A DNA stretch of 64,000 nt from Oxalobacteraceae bacterium (GCA_023259175.1 JAHFQV010000007.1:278-64277); one strand, 5' to 3'; positions 50,101-59,819 are shown, numbered from the stretch's first letter. A program made the numbers and translations. The notes: generated by a model not told the origin, from the letters alone.

Positions 50101-51208
50101 CGGGTTGATTATTCAGCGACAGCGCACGGGCATAACGGATCAATGTTTGCGGAAGATCGTCCATCGATTTGGCGAGACGAAATAGTTCGAGCGAGTTTTC
50201 AAAAGCATTCAATGCATTCGGAAGATCAAGTTCAAGCATTAAGGTTTCAGCGAGCTCACGGTAGGCGATGGCCTTATTAATTCCAGCACAGTTCTGCGGA
50301 AAAAACGCCAAGGCTTCTTCCAGCGTTTGCCGACTTTTTTCGGTATGGCCGAGTAGTCTTTGTGAGCGCCCGAGGTAGGCGAAACAAAAGCCCATAATGC
50401 TAGGCCAGCCCGCTTGCTGCGCGTGGCTTAGCGCGAGGTCAATGGCTAGGGTCGCGCTTTCCAGGTCTGCGATGTTTTGAAATACTTCGCATGCGTTTCC
50501 CGCCGATACAATTGCTAGGCGCAGCATCCCACATTGCTTGGATAATTCGCTGGCTTTGAGGTAATGCCGTGCTGCTTTGGCTGGGTCGCGACGACCATAG
50601 ATTACGCCATAAGCTGCTTCAACATGAGCCGCAATGGCAGGTAAGTGACTAAAATGGGCATTGATGAGAAAGCAGCGAATCTTTTCCTTGGCAAGAAAAG
50701 GGTTGGAGAACGCGAGTTCGTAGATTTGCCAAGCTTCGGTCAGTTCTTTGCGTTTCCGATCACCACATTTTCGGTAAAACTCTAGAGCGTTCTGGCAAGA
50801 GTCATTTTCTCTTTGCGTGTCGCCCATGGTGAGGGCGAGCAGTGCATCAACGATCCACGCATCACCTAAACCGAGTAAATTATGATTCGACGCGAAACCC
50901 AATTTCCCCTGTGCTAAATACCGCTCTGCATAGGCAAAGTCGCCCATGAGTGCAGAAGTCTCAGCGCGCACTAAGTCGATGCGGGCGCGAATGTCGCGTA
51001 CTCGTGAGAGTTCTTCAGTTGTAAAATTATCGGGATGATTGGCGAGAATTTGTTCTATTTCGTCAATTTGAAATAAAGCACGCTGACAATCGCTTTGACG
51101 AATGTGCCAAGTATGCGTCACTAGGGCGCCAATATTCTCCCAGCTCTCGGGTCGTGCGTTCCGGTCTTCAGTACGTTCACGTATGTCATCTGAGGCATAC
51201 AATTCCAT
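47132..51208 (-). CDS. Cytoplasmic hybrid histidine kinase: TPR array - GAF - HisKA - HATPase - REC - HPt
   Basis: About 500 aa of helical repeats; GAF (APLIIGERVLGVMTIQS...AIALDNA); FLANMSHEIRTPMN; DTGIGM, GGTGLGL; ILMDLEMP; HTLKG; no TM seen. Confidence 0.92.
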   Translation of the reverse strand: MELYASDDIRERTEDRNARPESWENIGALVTHTWHIRQSDCQRALFQIDEIEQILANHPDNFTTEELSRVRDIRARIDLVRAETSALMGDFAYAERYLAQGKLGFASNHNLLGLGDAWIVDALLALTMGDTQRENDSCQNALEFYRKCGDRKRKELTEAWQIYELAFSNPFLAKEKIRCFLINAHFSHLPAIAAHVEAAYGVIYGRRDPAKAARHYLKASELSKQCGMLRLAIVSAGNACEVFQNIADLESATLAIDLALSHAQQAGWPSIMGFCFAYLGRSQRLLGHTEKSRQTLEEALAFFPQNCAGINKAIAYRELAETLMLELDLPNALNAFENSLELFRLAKSMDDLPQTLIRYARALSLNNQPESALTAIDEAQALSKKYNFSALNISLYQALAEIHARHELPKPFDFPEPNAVIHFLEKARAAGATIEAWHAPAELLIMLSDAWANAGNLAQALACSRQAIEAEKYESNLRVAYKTANIEDHHQTEKAQAEAQYHHLIAVAETNRAHALQDTRDTLVKLGKIGQEITAKLEISSVFIAIHKHLQSLLDASTFVTYLLDEKAELLTQVFGVENDTPIAHHQIEVSNQAAYCARCVREKREFMIAISAQDNRPINPNETHNTLSLLYAPLIIGERVLGVMTIQSAKEHAYGDREQLIFSTICAYAAIALDNAGVYQELQETQEQLLLAIQKVEHARAKERKERQKAEESTKLKSEFLANMSHEIRTPMNAIIGMAYLALQTELDLKQHDYIQKIQHAANSLLGIINDILDFSKIEAGKLDIELAPFSLHDVFAHVTSITSQKANEKGILFHLQLSPNLPSYLIGDSLRIGQILTNLVNNAVKFTERGEIEVSCAQNDDPAIPSTMVELKFSVRDTGIGMSDKQIENLFQAFTQGDGSTTRNYGGTGLGLSISKQLIELMHGSIQVDSTIGQGSIFSFAIRLPIAHASDAKPRQGLFEENKIVRDDEITPNIFALSYSQPLLSTRLELKQSRDAKHNDLFLSSQTQPHSSNRRILLAEDNEFNQEIAVELLSQIGFEVSVTENGEETIKLLESRPNDYFNLILMDLEMPIMDGHHATLYIRKHSQYDHIPIIALTAHAMKGTKDRCVGEGMQDYLAKPFDPKQLFATVQLWTRQEARLGSRASATSDHKPMVQFQYFDSKYGLRSVSGNHALYLHLLNRFLQSQDSLLQNVLTEIPTVNLKEFERAIHTLKGLSATLGAHQLEGAMCEIEAYLELTALPDYQLPEFVAHRQNARAELLKGLSELETYFTLHPSDNNPVKQSHLHLNFDELRERLNSLLDGSNADAIDFFQENYTDFETALDKEQLGQLSNKMFRYDFDGAADLLQSISIPSVSN

Positions 51209-51584
51209 AAGACCCACCTTTAAAAGAAATGCGATGGCTTATTCTGACTGATGGTTTGCGGCTTCCTATCATCTCTGCGATTTGGAGGCACCTAGCGATA
51301 TTACGGTATAACGATAGCGTACTTGAGTATAAACATTTATTTTGAGAATTGTTGTTGAGTTTTTGTGGAAAATTTGTTGAAAGTTTGTGCCTGCGTCGGC
51401 ATGACTGTTGTTAGAAACCTGCTTTTTTTCTTGGATTTTCGGGGAATTGCCCGCTTTTTTAGTCGTGATTCTCAATTGCTTACCCGTCGTCAAGCAATCG
51501 CGTTAGAATTCCAATTGGCAATTATATTGATTTGCTATTAATGTCGCCTTTGCGTGCTTAAGCTTGTTGGATTTATATATCAAT

Positions 51585-54500
51585 ATGACAGAGATTTCTT
51601 TCGATTCTTCGCTAGATTGGATGGAGCAAACGCTCAGTGGCATTGATATTTTGCGTGACTCTATTCCCAATGGCTTGGTCGCCGCCGCCGCGATGGAAAC
51701 GCGTGCACAACGGAATTCTGATGCTAAGCTTGCTGCGGGCGCCATCCTAGTTTCGGCGTTCGCTGACTATTATGAAAATCGACTGGTTCAAGCGCAAGTG
51801 AAGTTGGAACAATTAATTCCAATTTTTGAGGACACAGTAGATCGTCATGGCATGGTGTTTGTGCGAACTGGACTTGCGATCGTCTATCGTAAGCTCGGTA
51901 ATAATCAGGAAGCCCGTCGAATTTGCGAGTCGCATGTTTTACAAAATATCGGCGACGCCCCGCCACGATTGGGCATACTCGCTTTGAATATTTATGGCAT
52001 CGTGTTGCAAGAACTCGATTGCACAGAACTCGCAATACGTTATTTTTACAAAGCGCTTGAGGTTGCGACCAGCATCAATTCGGCCAGTCGCATGGCCCAG
52101 ATTACGGCCAATTTAGGGGAAGTTCTTTACATCACGGGTAACGTCGAAGCGGCTGAGGAATTATTGAGCCGCGCCAGCCAATTGTCGCCCACCGTTTCCG
52201 AAAAGTGGTTATTGCCGTTTAGTTTGGCGATGCTGGCGCTGTGTAAGATATCGCTCAATAAAAACGAAGACGCTTACGACATCATTTCGCACTTTGTTGA
52301 AGTTGACGAAAGCGAAGTGGGTTATGCGAATTCCTATCGCGCATTTTATTTTGCGGTCGCCGCCTATACGTTTTTGATGCGGGGCGATGTCACTGGTGCG
52401 CAAAGATTTAGCGCGCTGTCCATCAAATTGATCGATGAAATTGAAGACCCTCACTTAAAGCCTTATATTTGGTGGGTGAGCGGCTTTTTGCATAGAAAAA
52501 ACGGGGCTTACGAATTAGCGATCGTCGATTTGCGTCGTGCGATTGATGAAATAGGCGATAGCGGTTATATGCATTTACCGCTACGCGCAATTAAAGAGCT
52601 GGCCGAAATTTACGCTGAATTAGGCCAGTGGCAGGCGGCCTACACTGAACAAAAACGCTATTTGTTTTTATGGGATCGTGCGCAAGAGCGTTCTGCCAGA
52701 ATCCAGCTTGAAAATTTAAAGATACAGACTGAATATACCGTCGCCGAAAAGGACCGCATTCATAAGGAAGTCTTGGTAAGTGAACGTAAGTCGATGGAAG
52801 ACGAGTTGCAGCGCATGCTTACCGAGCGCGAAACGATTTTGGAAAATTCCATCGTCGGTATGTTGTTCCTCAATAAATTTGGTCGTGTGCAATGGGTCAA
52901 TACGCCTTTGTGCAAGATTTTTGGTGTCGAGCGCGAAAACGTTTTGGGGGCTTCCCTAGAAATGTTTTATGAGTCGCGTGAAATCTATCTTCGCTATGGC
53001 GCGGCAGTAAGTCAAGCCGTGCTCAAAGGTGAATCCTACGAGACCGAATTGCGTATGCGACGCAGTGACGGTTCCTTATTTTGGGTTCAATTTTCGGGAC
53101 GCGCGGTCAATAAAAACGATTTGTCTTTCGGTACCGTTTGGGTCGTCATGGACATTTCCGCTCGCCGACAGTTAGAGAGCGATTTACAAAAATCAGAATA
53201 TAACTACCGTCTGCTGGTCAATAATGTGACCGAAGGGATTGTCGTCGTTCAGGATGGAAAGATCGCTTTTGCCAATCGCTTGATTCAAAAAATTACTGGT
53301 CTTAAGCAAGAGGATTTAATTGGCTCGCCGTTTACCGATACCATTTACGTTGACGATGTAGCGATGGTCGCGTCCCGCCATCAAAGGCGTTTGCGGGGTG
53401 AGGATGTTGAACAATATTATCAAATCCGTCTGCAGCATAGGATTAGCCAAACCTTGATTTGGGTGGAGGTTTCATCGGTTCTGATTGAATGGGAAGAACG
53501 CCCAGCGACACTTTCATTTATCTCTGACCTGACCCAGCGCAAACTGCTCGAATCTCAATTAAAAGAGAGCATGGACGAACAGATGCGTTTGCAGACTTTG
53601 CAAATGCAAAATGAGCTAAAAGTGTCTGAGCTTGCGCGCCGCCATGCCGAAGAAACGACGGAAGCGAAATCCCTGTTTCTGGCCAATATGAGTCACGAAA
53701 TACGCACTCCAATGAACGCCATTATCGGTATGGCGCATTTGGCTTTGAAGACGGCTTTAAACCCAAAGCAAAAAGATTATCTCGAAAAAATACATCGTGC
53801 CGGTATGTCTTTGATGGGCATTATTAACGACATTTTGGACTTTTCAAAAATAGAAGCGGGTAAGCTTGATATTGAAGATGTCGAGTTTTATTTAGATGAG
53901 GTTTTCAATAGCGTTGCGGTTGTGACGAGTAGTAAGGCCGAAGAAAAGGGTTTGGAGTATTTGTTTGATGTTGCTCAGGATATTCCTAAACGACTGCGTG
54001 GTGATCCACTACGCTTAGGGCAGGTACTCATTAATCTCCTAAACAATGCTATCAAATTTACGGCCAACGGCGAGGTCAGCCTGCGTTGCACGGTATTGGA
54101 GCGGCAGCAAGACCGTGTGGTACTCGAATTTTTGGTGTCCGATACTGGGCTAGGCATGAGTGAAACCCAAGTGTCGAAACTGTTTATGCCCTTTAGCCAG
54201 GGCGATGAATCGACCACCCGCAAGTTTGGTGGAACAGGCTTGGGCTTATCAATCTCCAAGGGCATGGTTGACCTGATGGGCGGCGAAATCAGCATTGCAA
54301 GCGCATCTGGGCAAGGAAGTCAGGTTAAATTTAGTTTGCCGCTCGTCGCGGTTGAAAATGAGAAGTTAGCTTCACGTTCGAAGGCATTTGAAAAACTCCA
54401 TGCCTTGATTGTGGATGATCATCCCCGCGCAGCGACCCTATTGGCTGAACGACTACAATCGTTTGGACTTTCCACCGAAGTTGAAACCTCGGGAGAGAAA

Positions 54501-55862
54501 GCGCTGGCGCTCTTATTGCAGCGTGATCACGGACTACAATTTGATACCGTTTTCGTTGATTGGCGTATGCCCAATATGGACGGCAATGAGTTGATTTCAT
54601 GTTTGCGCAATGCGAGCTTGAAATGGATACCAAAAATTGCTTTGGTCGGGGTGACCGCGCGCGAAAGCCTGAGTAATCGCGAGGAATTAACCTTGGCCGA
54701 TGCTTATCTTGATAAGCCCTTTAATGCCTCCAATGTATTTGATTGTTTGGTCAATATGTTTGGTTCTCAACACCAAAATATTCAAGACAGACAAGAATTT
54801 TCAGCTCATCGCTACAAAAATTTGCGTGTTCTGCTGGTAGAAGATAATCTGGTTAATCAGCAGATCGCCACCGAGTTGTTGGAGTCGGTTGGGATTGAAG
54901 TTGATGTGGCTGAAAACGGTCGGGTCGCGCTCGATCAATTGAATGCGCATGGTGATGATCACTACGGTATGGTCTTTATGGACGTACAGATGCCGGAGAT
55001 GGATGGCCACGAAGCGACCAAGTTGATACGGGCGCAAAGTCGGTTTGACAAACTACCCGTCGTGGCCATGACTGCCCATGCTTTACTGATAGAGAGAGAG
55101 CGCTGTTTTGCCTCCGGCATGAATGCCCACGTCGCCAAGCCGGTGTCTCCGAATGAGTTTTATCAGACGATTGCGCAATGGTGTAGTCGTTTTATTTTGC
55201 GATCGAGTGTGCCACTCATTACCGATAAGGTCGCCGATTGTATGCCAGCGATCAATGGCATCGATATGCGTCAAGGTTTAAACCGAACCATGGGTGATCG
55301 GCAACTGTATTTGAAGTTGCTGCGTTTATTTGTACAAGATCAAAGTGAGGTCATTGCTTTGATACGCCAGTTACTCGCGGAGAAAAATCATGAAGGAGCG
55401 GAACGGGTTGCCCACACCTTAAAAGGGGTCGCCGCCTTGATCGGCGCAGATGTGCAATATGCTGCGGCTGATATTGAAGTCTTAATCCGGCAGGGTAGCG
55501 ACATTGAAATTTTGGATGGTAAATTAAACGATTGTGGCACCCGTTTGCGGGTGACGATCGCTAGCATCGAGCAGTGTTTGACCCATGAAAATGCGATCAA
55601 TAATTTGGAAGGCATTACACCGCGCGGGCTGGTAGTGTCGAGTGAAGATGTGTTGAACAAATTAAAGCGCTGTTACAAGCTTATTAGTAGCTATGAAGGC
55701 GAGGCTCTGGATGCTTTGGTGGAGTCCTCGGAAGAATTAAGTATCGCCTTTGGTGTTGACGTGCAAAAGCAGATTATGCGTGCCGCCAGTCAGTATGATT
55801 TTGACGTGGTGTTGTCGATCATGAAGGGCAATGCGCAGTTGGCAGGTGTAGAGTTCGAATAA
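51585..55862 (+). CDS. Cytoplasmic hybrid histidine kinase: TPR array - PAS - PAS - HisKA - HATPase - REC - REC - HPt
   Basis: Helical repeats (NIYGIVLQELD, ANLGEVLY); two PAS folds; FLANMSHEIRTPMN; DTGLGM, GGTGLGL; FVDWRMP and FMDVQMP; HTLKG; no TM seen. Confidence 0.92.
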   Translation: MTEISFDSSLDWMEQTLSGIDILRDSIPNGLVAAAAMETRAQRNSDAKLAAGAILVSAFADYYENRLVQAQVKLEQLIPIFEDTVDRHGMVFVRTGLAIVYRKLGNNQEARRICESHVLQNIGDAPPRLGILALNIYGIVLQELDCTELAIRYFYKALEVATSINSASRMAQITANLGEVLYITGNVEAAEELLSRASQLSPTVSEKWLLPFSLAMLALCKISLNKNEDAYDIISHFVEVDESEVGYANSYRAFYFAVAAYTFLMRGDVTGAQRFSALSIKLIDEIEDPHLKPYIWWVSGFLHRKNGAYELAIVDLRRAIDEIGDSGYMHLPLRAIKELAEIYAELGQWQAAYTEQKRYLFLWDRAQERSARIQLENLKIQTEYTVAEKDRIHKEVLVSERKSMEDELQRMLTERETILENSIVGMLFLNKFGRVQWVNTPLCKIFGVERENVLGASLEMFYESREIYLRYGAAVSQAVLKGESYETELRMRRSDGSLFWVQFSGRAVNKNDLSFGTVWVVMDISARRQLESDLQKSEYNYRLLVNNVTEGIVVVQDGKIAFANRLIQKITGLKQEDLIGSPFTDTIYVDDVAMVASRHQRRLRGEDVEQYYQIRLQHRISQTLIWVEVSSVLIEWEERPATLSFISDLTQRKLLESQLKESMDEQMRLQTLQMQNELKVSELARRHAEETTEAKSLFLANMSHEIRTPMNAIIGMAHLALKTALNPKQKDYLEKIHRAGMSLMGIINDILDFSKIEAGKLDIEDVEFYLDEVFNSVAVVTSSKAEEKGLEYLFDVAQDIPKRLRGDPLRLGQVLINLLNNAIKFTANGEVSLRCTVLERQQDRVVLEFLVSDTGLGMSETQVSKLFMPFSQGDESTTRKFGGTGLGLSISKGMVDLMGGEISIASASGQGSQVKFSLPLVAVENEKLASRSKAFEKLHALIVDDHPRAATLLAERLQSFGLSTEVETSGEKALALLLQRDHGLQFDTVFVDWRMPNMDGNELISCLRNASLKWIPKIALVGVTARESLSNREELTLADAYLDKPFNASNVFDCLVNMFGSQHQNIQDRQEFSAHRYKNLRVLLVEDNLVNQQIATELLESVGIEVDVAENGRVALDQLNAHGDDHYGMVFMDVQMPEMDGHEATKLIRAQSRFDKLPVVAMTAHALLIERERCFASGMNAHVAKPVSPNEFYQTIAQWCSRFILRSSVPLITDKVADCMPAINGIDMRQGLNRTMGDRQLYLKLLRLFVQDQSEVIALIRQLLAEKNHEGAERVAHTLKGVAALIGADVQYAAADIEVLIRQGSDIEILDGKLNDCGTRLRVTIASIEQCLTHENAINNLEGITPRGLVVSSEDVLNKLKRCYKLISSYEGEALDALVESSEELSIAFGVDVQKQIMRAASQYDFDVVLSIMKGNAQLAGVEFE

Positions 55863-55953
55863 TACTGAAAACAGATTTGCTCTAGTGCTTGTTTGTGATT
55901 TTCGCGGAGATGTGCTTATTCCTAGTTGGCTCCACTTGTACAATAGGTGACCC

Positions 55954-57069
55954 ATGAGTGACACAATCAAATTCGATTCAAAACAAGTAGTCCTGATTGT
56001 GGACGATACACCGGATAACATCACCTTGCTCTCTGCTTTGCTGAAGGATGTTTATCGCATTAAGATCGCGACCAATGGCGTGAAAGCCTTGCATATTGCT
56101 TCGACTCTTCCCAGTCCTGATTTGATTTTACTCGATGTCATGATGCCGGAAATGGACGGCTATGAAACCTGCCGCCGCCTCAAAGCAAATACCCTCACTG
56201 CCGATATTCCTATCATCTTTTTGACTGCGAAAAGTCAAGTTTCCGACGAAGAAATGGGTTTGAAACTTGGAGCTGTTGATTACATCAGCAAACCTGTCAG
56301 TCCCCCCATTGTATTGGCGCGGGTGGCGACTCAATTGAATTTAGTTCGCGCTCGCAATTTACTTCAAGACCAAAATAAAGGCTTGGAATATTTGGTACAA
56401 GACCGCACCCGTAAGCTCGCCAAAATGCAAGATGCGATTATTATGGCGATGGCTTCCTTGGCTGAGACGCGGGATAATGAAACTGGAAATCATATTCGTC
56501 GCACGCAAAACTATGTCGCTGCTTTGGCACGTCAATTACAAAACGTGCCGCGTTTTTCCGCTGAATTGACGGAAGAAAATATTGAACTCCTCTATAAATC
56601 AGCTCCCTTGCATGACATCGGTAAAGTCGGTATTCCCGATAATATTTTGCTCAAACCTGGTAAGTTAGACGCTGAAGAATTCGAAGTTATGAAGCTGCAC
56701 ACCGTCTATGGTCGCGAGACTATTTTGTGTGTGGAACGCTATCTTGGTGAGAGTAATGAATTTTTACGCTTCGCTCGCGAAATTACCTACTCGCATCAAG
56801 AAAAATGGGATGGCTCGGGCTATCCCGAAAATCTGGTAGGTGACGAAATCCCCATATCGGCGCGCTTAATGGCAGTCGCGGATGTGTATGATGCACTTAT
56901 TTCCAAGCGCGTGTATAAGCCTGCGTTTTCTCACGAGGAAGCACTTGATATTATGCGGAAAGGGCGGGGGACTCATTTCGATCCAGATATTCTCGATGTG
57001 TTTTTGCGTATCTCGGATGAGTTCAGTGAAATCGCACAACGCTTTCGAGAAAGCGAAGGAAGTTATTGA
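55954..57069 (+). CDS. REC + HD-GYP c-di-GMP phosphodiesterase (RpfG-like response regulator)
   Basis: LIVDD, LLDVMMP, FLTAK, ISKP; ETGNH, LHDIGKVGIPD, HQEKWDGSGYP, VADVYDAL. Confidence 0.93.
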   Translation: MSDTIKFDSKQVVLIVDDTPDNITLLSALLKDVYRIKIATNGVKALHIASTLPSPDLILLDVMMPEMDGYETCRRLKANTLTADIPIIFLTAKSQVSDEEMGLKLGAVDYISKPVSPPIVLARVATQLNLVRARNLLQDQNKGLEYLVQDRTRKLAKMQDAIIMAMASLAETRDNETGNHIRRTQNYVAALARQLQNVPRFSAELTEENIELLYKSAPLHDIGKVGIPDNILLKPGKLDAEEFEVMKLHTVYGRETILCVERYLGESNEFLRFAREITYSHQEKWDGSGYPENLVGDEIPISARLMAVADVYDALISKRVYKPAFSHEEALDIMRKGRGTHFDPDILDVFLRISDEFSEIAQRFRESEGSY

Positions 57070-57071
57070 CG

Positions 57072-57104
57072 AAAAAAAAGCAAAGGATGCCTTTGCTTTT
57101 TTTT
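57072..57104. terminator. Bidirectional intrinsic terminator
   Basis: Perfect 15-bp inverted repeat AAAAAAAAGCAAAGG-ATG-CCTTTGCTTTTTTTT between convergent genes. Confidence 0.9.
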
Positions 57105-57126
57105 GATACGTTTGCAGCCTGCGTTT

Positions 57127-58188
57127 TTAGTCAAAAACAGGTGTTTCAACGCCCAAGATTTTGTGTAATTTTGGTGAGGTCGTGGTGTACTGCATGTGAA
57201 TTTTCTTTTCAGGGAAAATATACGGCGCAGCACCAAACGCGGCTAAGGCGGCTTCGTGAAAACCCGATAAGATCAGTTTTTTCTTGCCAGGATAGGTGTT
57301 GATATCACCGACGGCGAAGATGCCTGGTACATTGGTCTCAAACTTTTCGGTATCCACCACCTTGAGCTGTTTGCGTTCGATTTCCAGACCCCAGTCTGCG
57401 ATAGGCCCAAGTTTAGGGGAAAGGCCGAAGAATACCAAGAGATCGTCTAAGGGTAAGCGGCGTGTTACGCCATCGGCACCCGTCACTTTAATCTCTGCCA
57501 ATTTTTCATCCTTGGTTTCAATGCCAGTGACTTGGCCAACGATTAATTGCATCTCAAAGTTGTCGCACATTTCTTTCATTTTTGCGACCGATGCGGGCGC
57601 TGCGCGGAAATCATCGCGGCGATGCAAAAGGATGACTGATTCGGCCTTGCTAGCCAGCGCTAAAGCCCAATCCAGCGCAGAATCACCGCCACCACAAATG
57701 ACTAAGTTACGTCCTTCGAAACGACTAGGGTCTTTGACACGATAAAATACTTGTGAACCGTCAAAAGCTTCAATACCTTCGACTTTCAAAGTGCGTGGTT
57801 GGAAGGAGCCAACACCTGCTGCAATAAAAATCGTCTTGGTAATGAATTTTGTGCCGAGTGAGGTTTCCAAATCAAAGCGACCATCAGCACGACGCTCGAC
57901 CAAAGTTACTTCTTGGTTCAGGTGAAAAGTCGGTTCGAATGGTGCGATTTGCTTGAGTAAATTGTCCGTTAGTTCTTGACCAGTACAGACGGGAACGGCA
58001 GGGATGTCGTAAATCGGTTTGTCGGGATAGAGTTCAACACATTGGCCACCGACGACAGGAAGAGAATCAATTACGTGCGCTTTGATTTCAAGCAGGCCGA
58101 GTTCGAAGACCTGAAACAGGCCAACCGGACCTGCACCAATGATTACAGCATCCGCTTCAATGATCTGGGGAGTTTGTTTGTTATCCAT
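57127..58188 (-). CDS. Ferredoxin-NADP(+) reductase, thioredoxin-reductase type
   Basis: [37 protein letters not shown]; no CxxC; adjacent to ferredoxin. Confidence 0.9.
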   Translation of the reverse strand: MDNKQTPQIIEADAVIIGAGPVGLFQVFELGLLEIKAHVIDSLPVVGGQCVELYPDKPIYDIPAVPVCTGQELTDNLLKQIAPFEPTFHLNQEVTLVERRADGRFDLETSLGTKFITKTIFIAAGVGSFQPRTLKVEGIEAFDGSQVFYRVKDPSRFEGRNLVICGGGDSALDWALALASKAESVILLHRRDDFRAAPASVAKMKEMCDNFEMQLIVGQVTGIETKDEKLAEIKVTGADGVTRRLPLDDLLVFFGLSPKLGPIADWGLEIERKQLKVVDTEKFETNVPGIFAVGDINTYPGKKKLILSGFHEAALAAFGAAPYIFPEKKIHMQYTTTSPKLHKILGVETPVFD

Positions 58189-58285
58189 ACGACTGAGTGT
58201 TTCCTGAAAATGTTACGAAAGCGGGTTTGCGCTTCGCGCAGTTCATTTGTTTGAGTAAAATGCGCGTGATTGACGCGCAAAATTC

Positions 58286-58609
58286 TTAGCGTTGCAAGTG
58301 TTGTAGCTTGTCTTTTACGTCTTTCCACTCGTCCGCGTCTTCCAAAGGCTTAGTGGTTTTGGTGATCGATGGCCAAGCACGCGTGAGGTCGACATTAATC
58401 TTGATGAATTGTTGCTGATCGCCAGGCACATCTTCTTCAGCGTAAATTGCGTTCACCGGACATTCTGCGACACACACAGCACAATCGATACATTCGTCAG
58501 GATCGATTACCAAAAAATTAGGGCCTGCGCGGAAGCAGTCTACAGGGCAAACATCAACGCAATCGGTATAGCGGCAACGTATGCACGATTCAGTTACAAC
58601 GTGGGTCAT
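58286..58609 (-). CDS. fdxA: 7Fe ([3Fe-4S][4Fe-4S]) ferredoxin
   Basis: CIRCRYTDCVDVCPVDCF and CIDCAVCVAECPVNAI; 107 aa. Confidence 0.95.
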   Translation of the reverse strand: MTHVVTESCIRCRYTDCVDVCPVDCFRAGPNFLVIDPDECIDCAVCVAECPVNAIYAEEDVPGDQQQFIKINVDLTRAWPSITKTTKPLEDADEWKDVKDKLQHLQR

Positions 58610-58831
58610 AAAGGACTATCCTAAAAAACAAGAGGGTCGCGCGGCTAAAGAATTTCGTTAAACAAATTCGCCTAGCTGCAAAGCCTTGTATTTTAAGGTA
58701 AATTGAGTCAACCCACAATTGCGACTTAGATAAAATAGGTATAAGCAAATGTAATCCGCTTTGGGCGAGACCCTTCGCCGACGGGTGTTTGTCGGCGTTT
58801 GCGGCTTTTTTTGACTACGTGGACGAGCGAT

Positions 58832-59086
58832 TTAATCTTTTAAATCTTCGATCAGGGCTATGTATTCTTGCATTGCAGCGTCTTTGCTCGTGCCTTTAAG
58901 CTCTGCCCATGCATCGTATTTGGCACGGGCGACGAAGTCGGTCATGCCCGGCCTTTCACCGTTGACATCGCCGCTGCTGGCTTGTTTGAATAATGCGTAA
59001 ATCTTGAGCAGCGTCATATTATCTGGACGCTCGGGTAGATTTTTTGAATCGGCTTGGGCTTGTGTGAATTGTTCAGTTAAGCTCAT
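58832..59086 (-). CDS. Acyl-CoA-binding protein (ACBP; start moved to MSLTE)
   Basis: LLKIYALFKQASSGD, ARAKYDAW, AMQEYI. Confidence 0.92.
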   Translation of the reverse strand: MSLTEQFTQAQADSKNLPERPDNMTLLKIYALFKQASSGDVNGERPGMTDFVARAKYDAWAELKGTSKDAAMQEYIALIEDLKD

Positions 59087-59120
59087 TTGCTTTCTCCTAA
59101 TGGCGAGTTCGCTTAAAAAA

Positions 59121-59819
59121 TTAGTGTAAAGTGGGTTCGGCACCACAACATTGTTTATATTTTTTTCCGCTACCGCAAGGGCAATTTTCATTGCGACCTA
59201 TTTTCGCGGTTTCACGTTTCACCGTTGTGACACCCGATTTACGCAGGGGAGCCCAGAAACGGCGAATTTCGGGGATAGCGGTTTCCAATTGTAGCGACAG
59301 GTGGTGTATTTTTTCGGCACTATCGACCAAGATGAGTTCATCTTCCTCGATTTCCTCGGCACCTAAGAGATAGATGGGGCGCAAATGGTCGGCGATGGTC
59401 GATTCCCACGCTGCCTCCCACGCTTCCTCGCGTAATTGCATACCTTCCCAAAAGCCCCAAGCCCAAGTTTCGCCATCGACATATTCTTTGCCGTTTTGCT
59501 CAAATACACAAAATAATGGTTCGTATTCTTGGGGTGCGACTTCGAAAGTGATTTGTACTTCGTTCATGAAACGTGCGATCAATTGAGTGATGCGCTGCAT
59601 TTCTTTGGCGTTGTGAAATTGCGGTTCTTTTTGATCCGGCAAACCCCAGACGTGGGGCAGCCATTCTGTCATAGGGATGACTTCAGGGCCGAGTGCGATT
59701 GCCGTTAAAAAACCGTGCAAGGCATCCATCGTCATACCGTCGTCACCGACGCGATCGGACATTAAAAATTTGTCCAGCTCGTTGAATTCTTTATCGTTTA
59801 GTGGTTCGTCAAGATGCAT
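59121..59819 (-). CDS. yecA: UPF0149/YecA family protein with C-terminal SEC-C motif
   Basis: [21 protein letters not shown]; [20 protein letters not shown]. Confidence 0.88.
   Translation of the reverse strand: MHLDEPLNDKEFNELDKFLMSDRVGDDGMTMDALHGFLTAIALGPEVIPMTEWLPHVWGLPDQKEPQFHNAKEMQRITQLIARFMNEVQITFEVAPQEYEPLFCVFEQNGKEYVDGETWAWGFWEGMQLREEAWEAAWESTIADHLRPIYLLGAEEIEEDELILVDSAEKIHHLSLQLETAIPEIRRFWAPLRKSGVTTVKRETAKIGRNENCPCGSGKKYKQCCGAEPTLH

Noticed and set aside
51269-51493. 74-aa ORF between the twin kinases as a peptide ligand precursor
   Set aside because: No RBS, no signal peptide, composition reflects the AT-rich promoter DNA; would need ribosome profiling to revive
51515-51532. Sigma-54 promoter TTGGCAATTATATTGAT upstream of the right kinase
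   Set aside because: The essential -12 GC is GA, so it fails the -24/-12 consensus
58690-58715. IscR-like site upstream of fdxA (GGTTGACTCAATTTACC on the minus strand)
   Set aside because: Only a half-site resemblance with a one-base spacing error; no symmetric second arm
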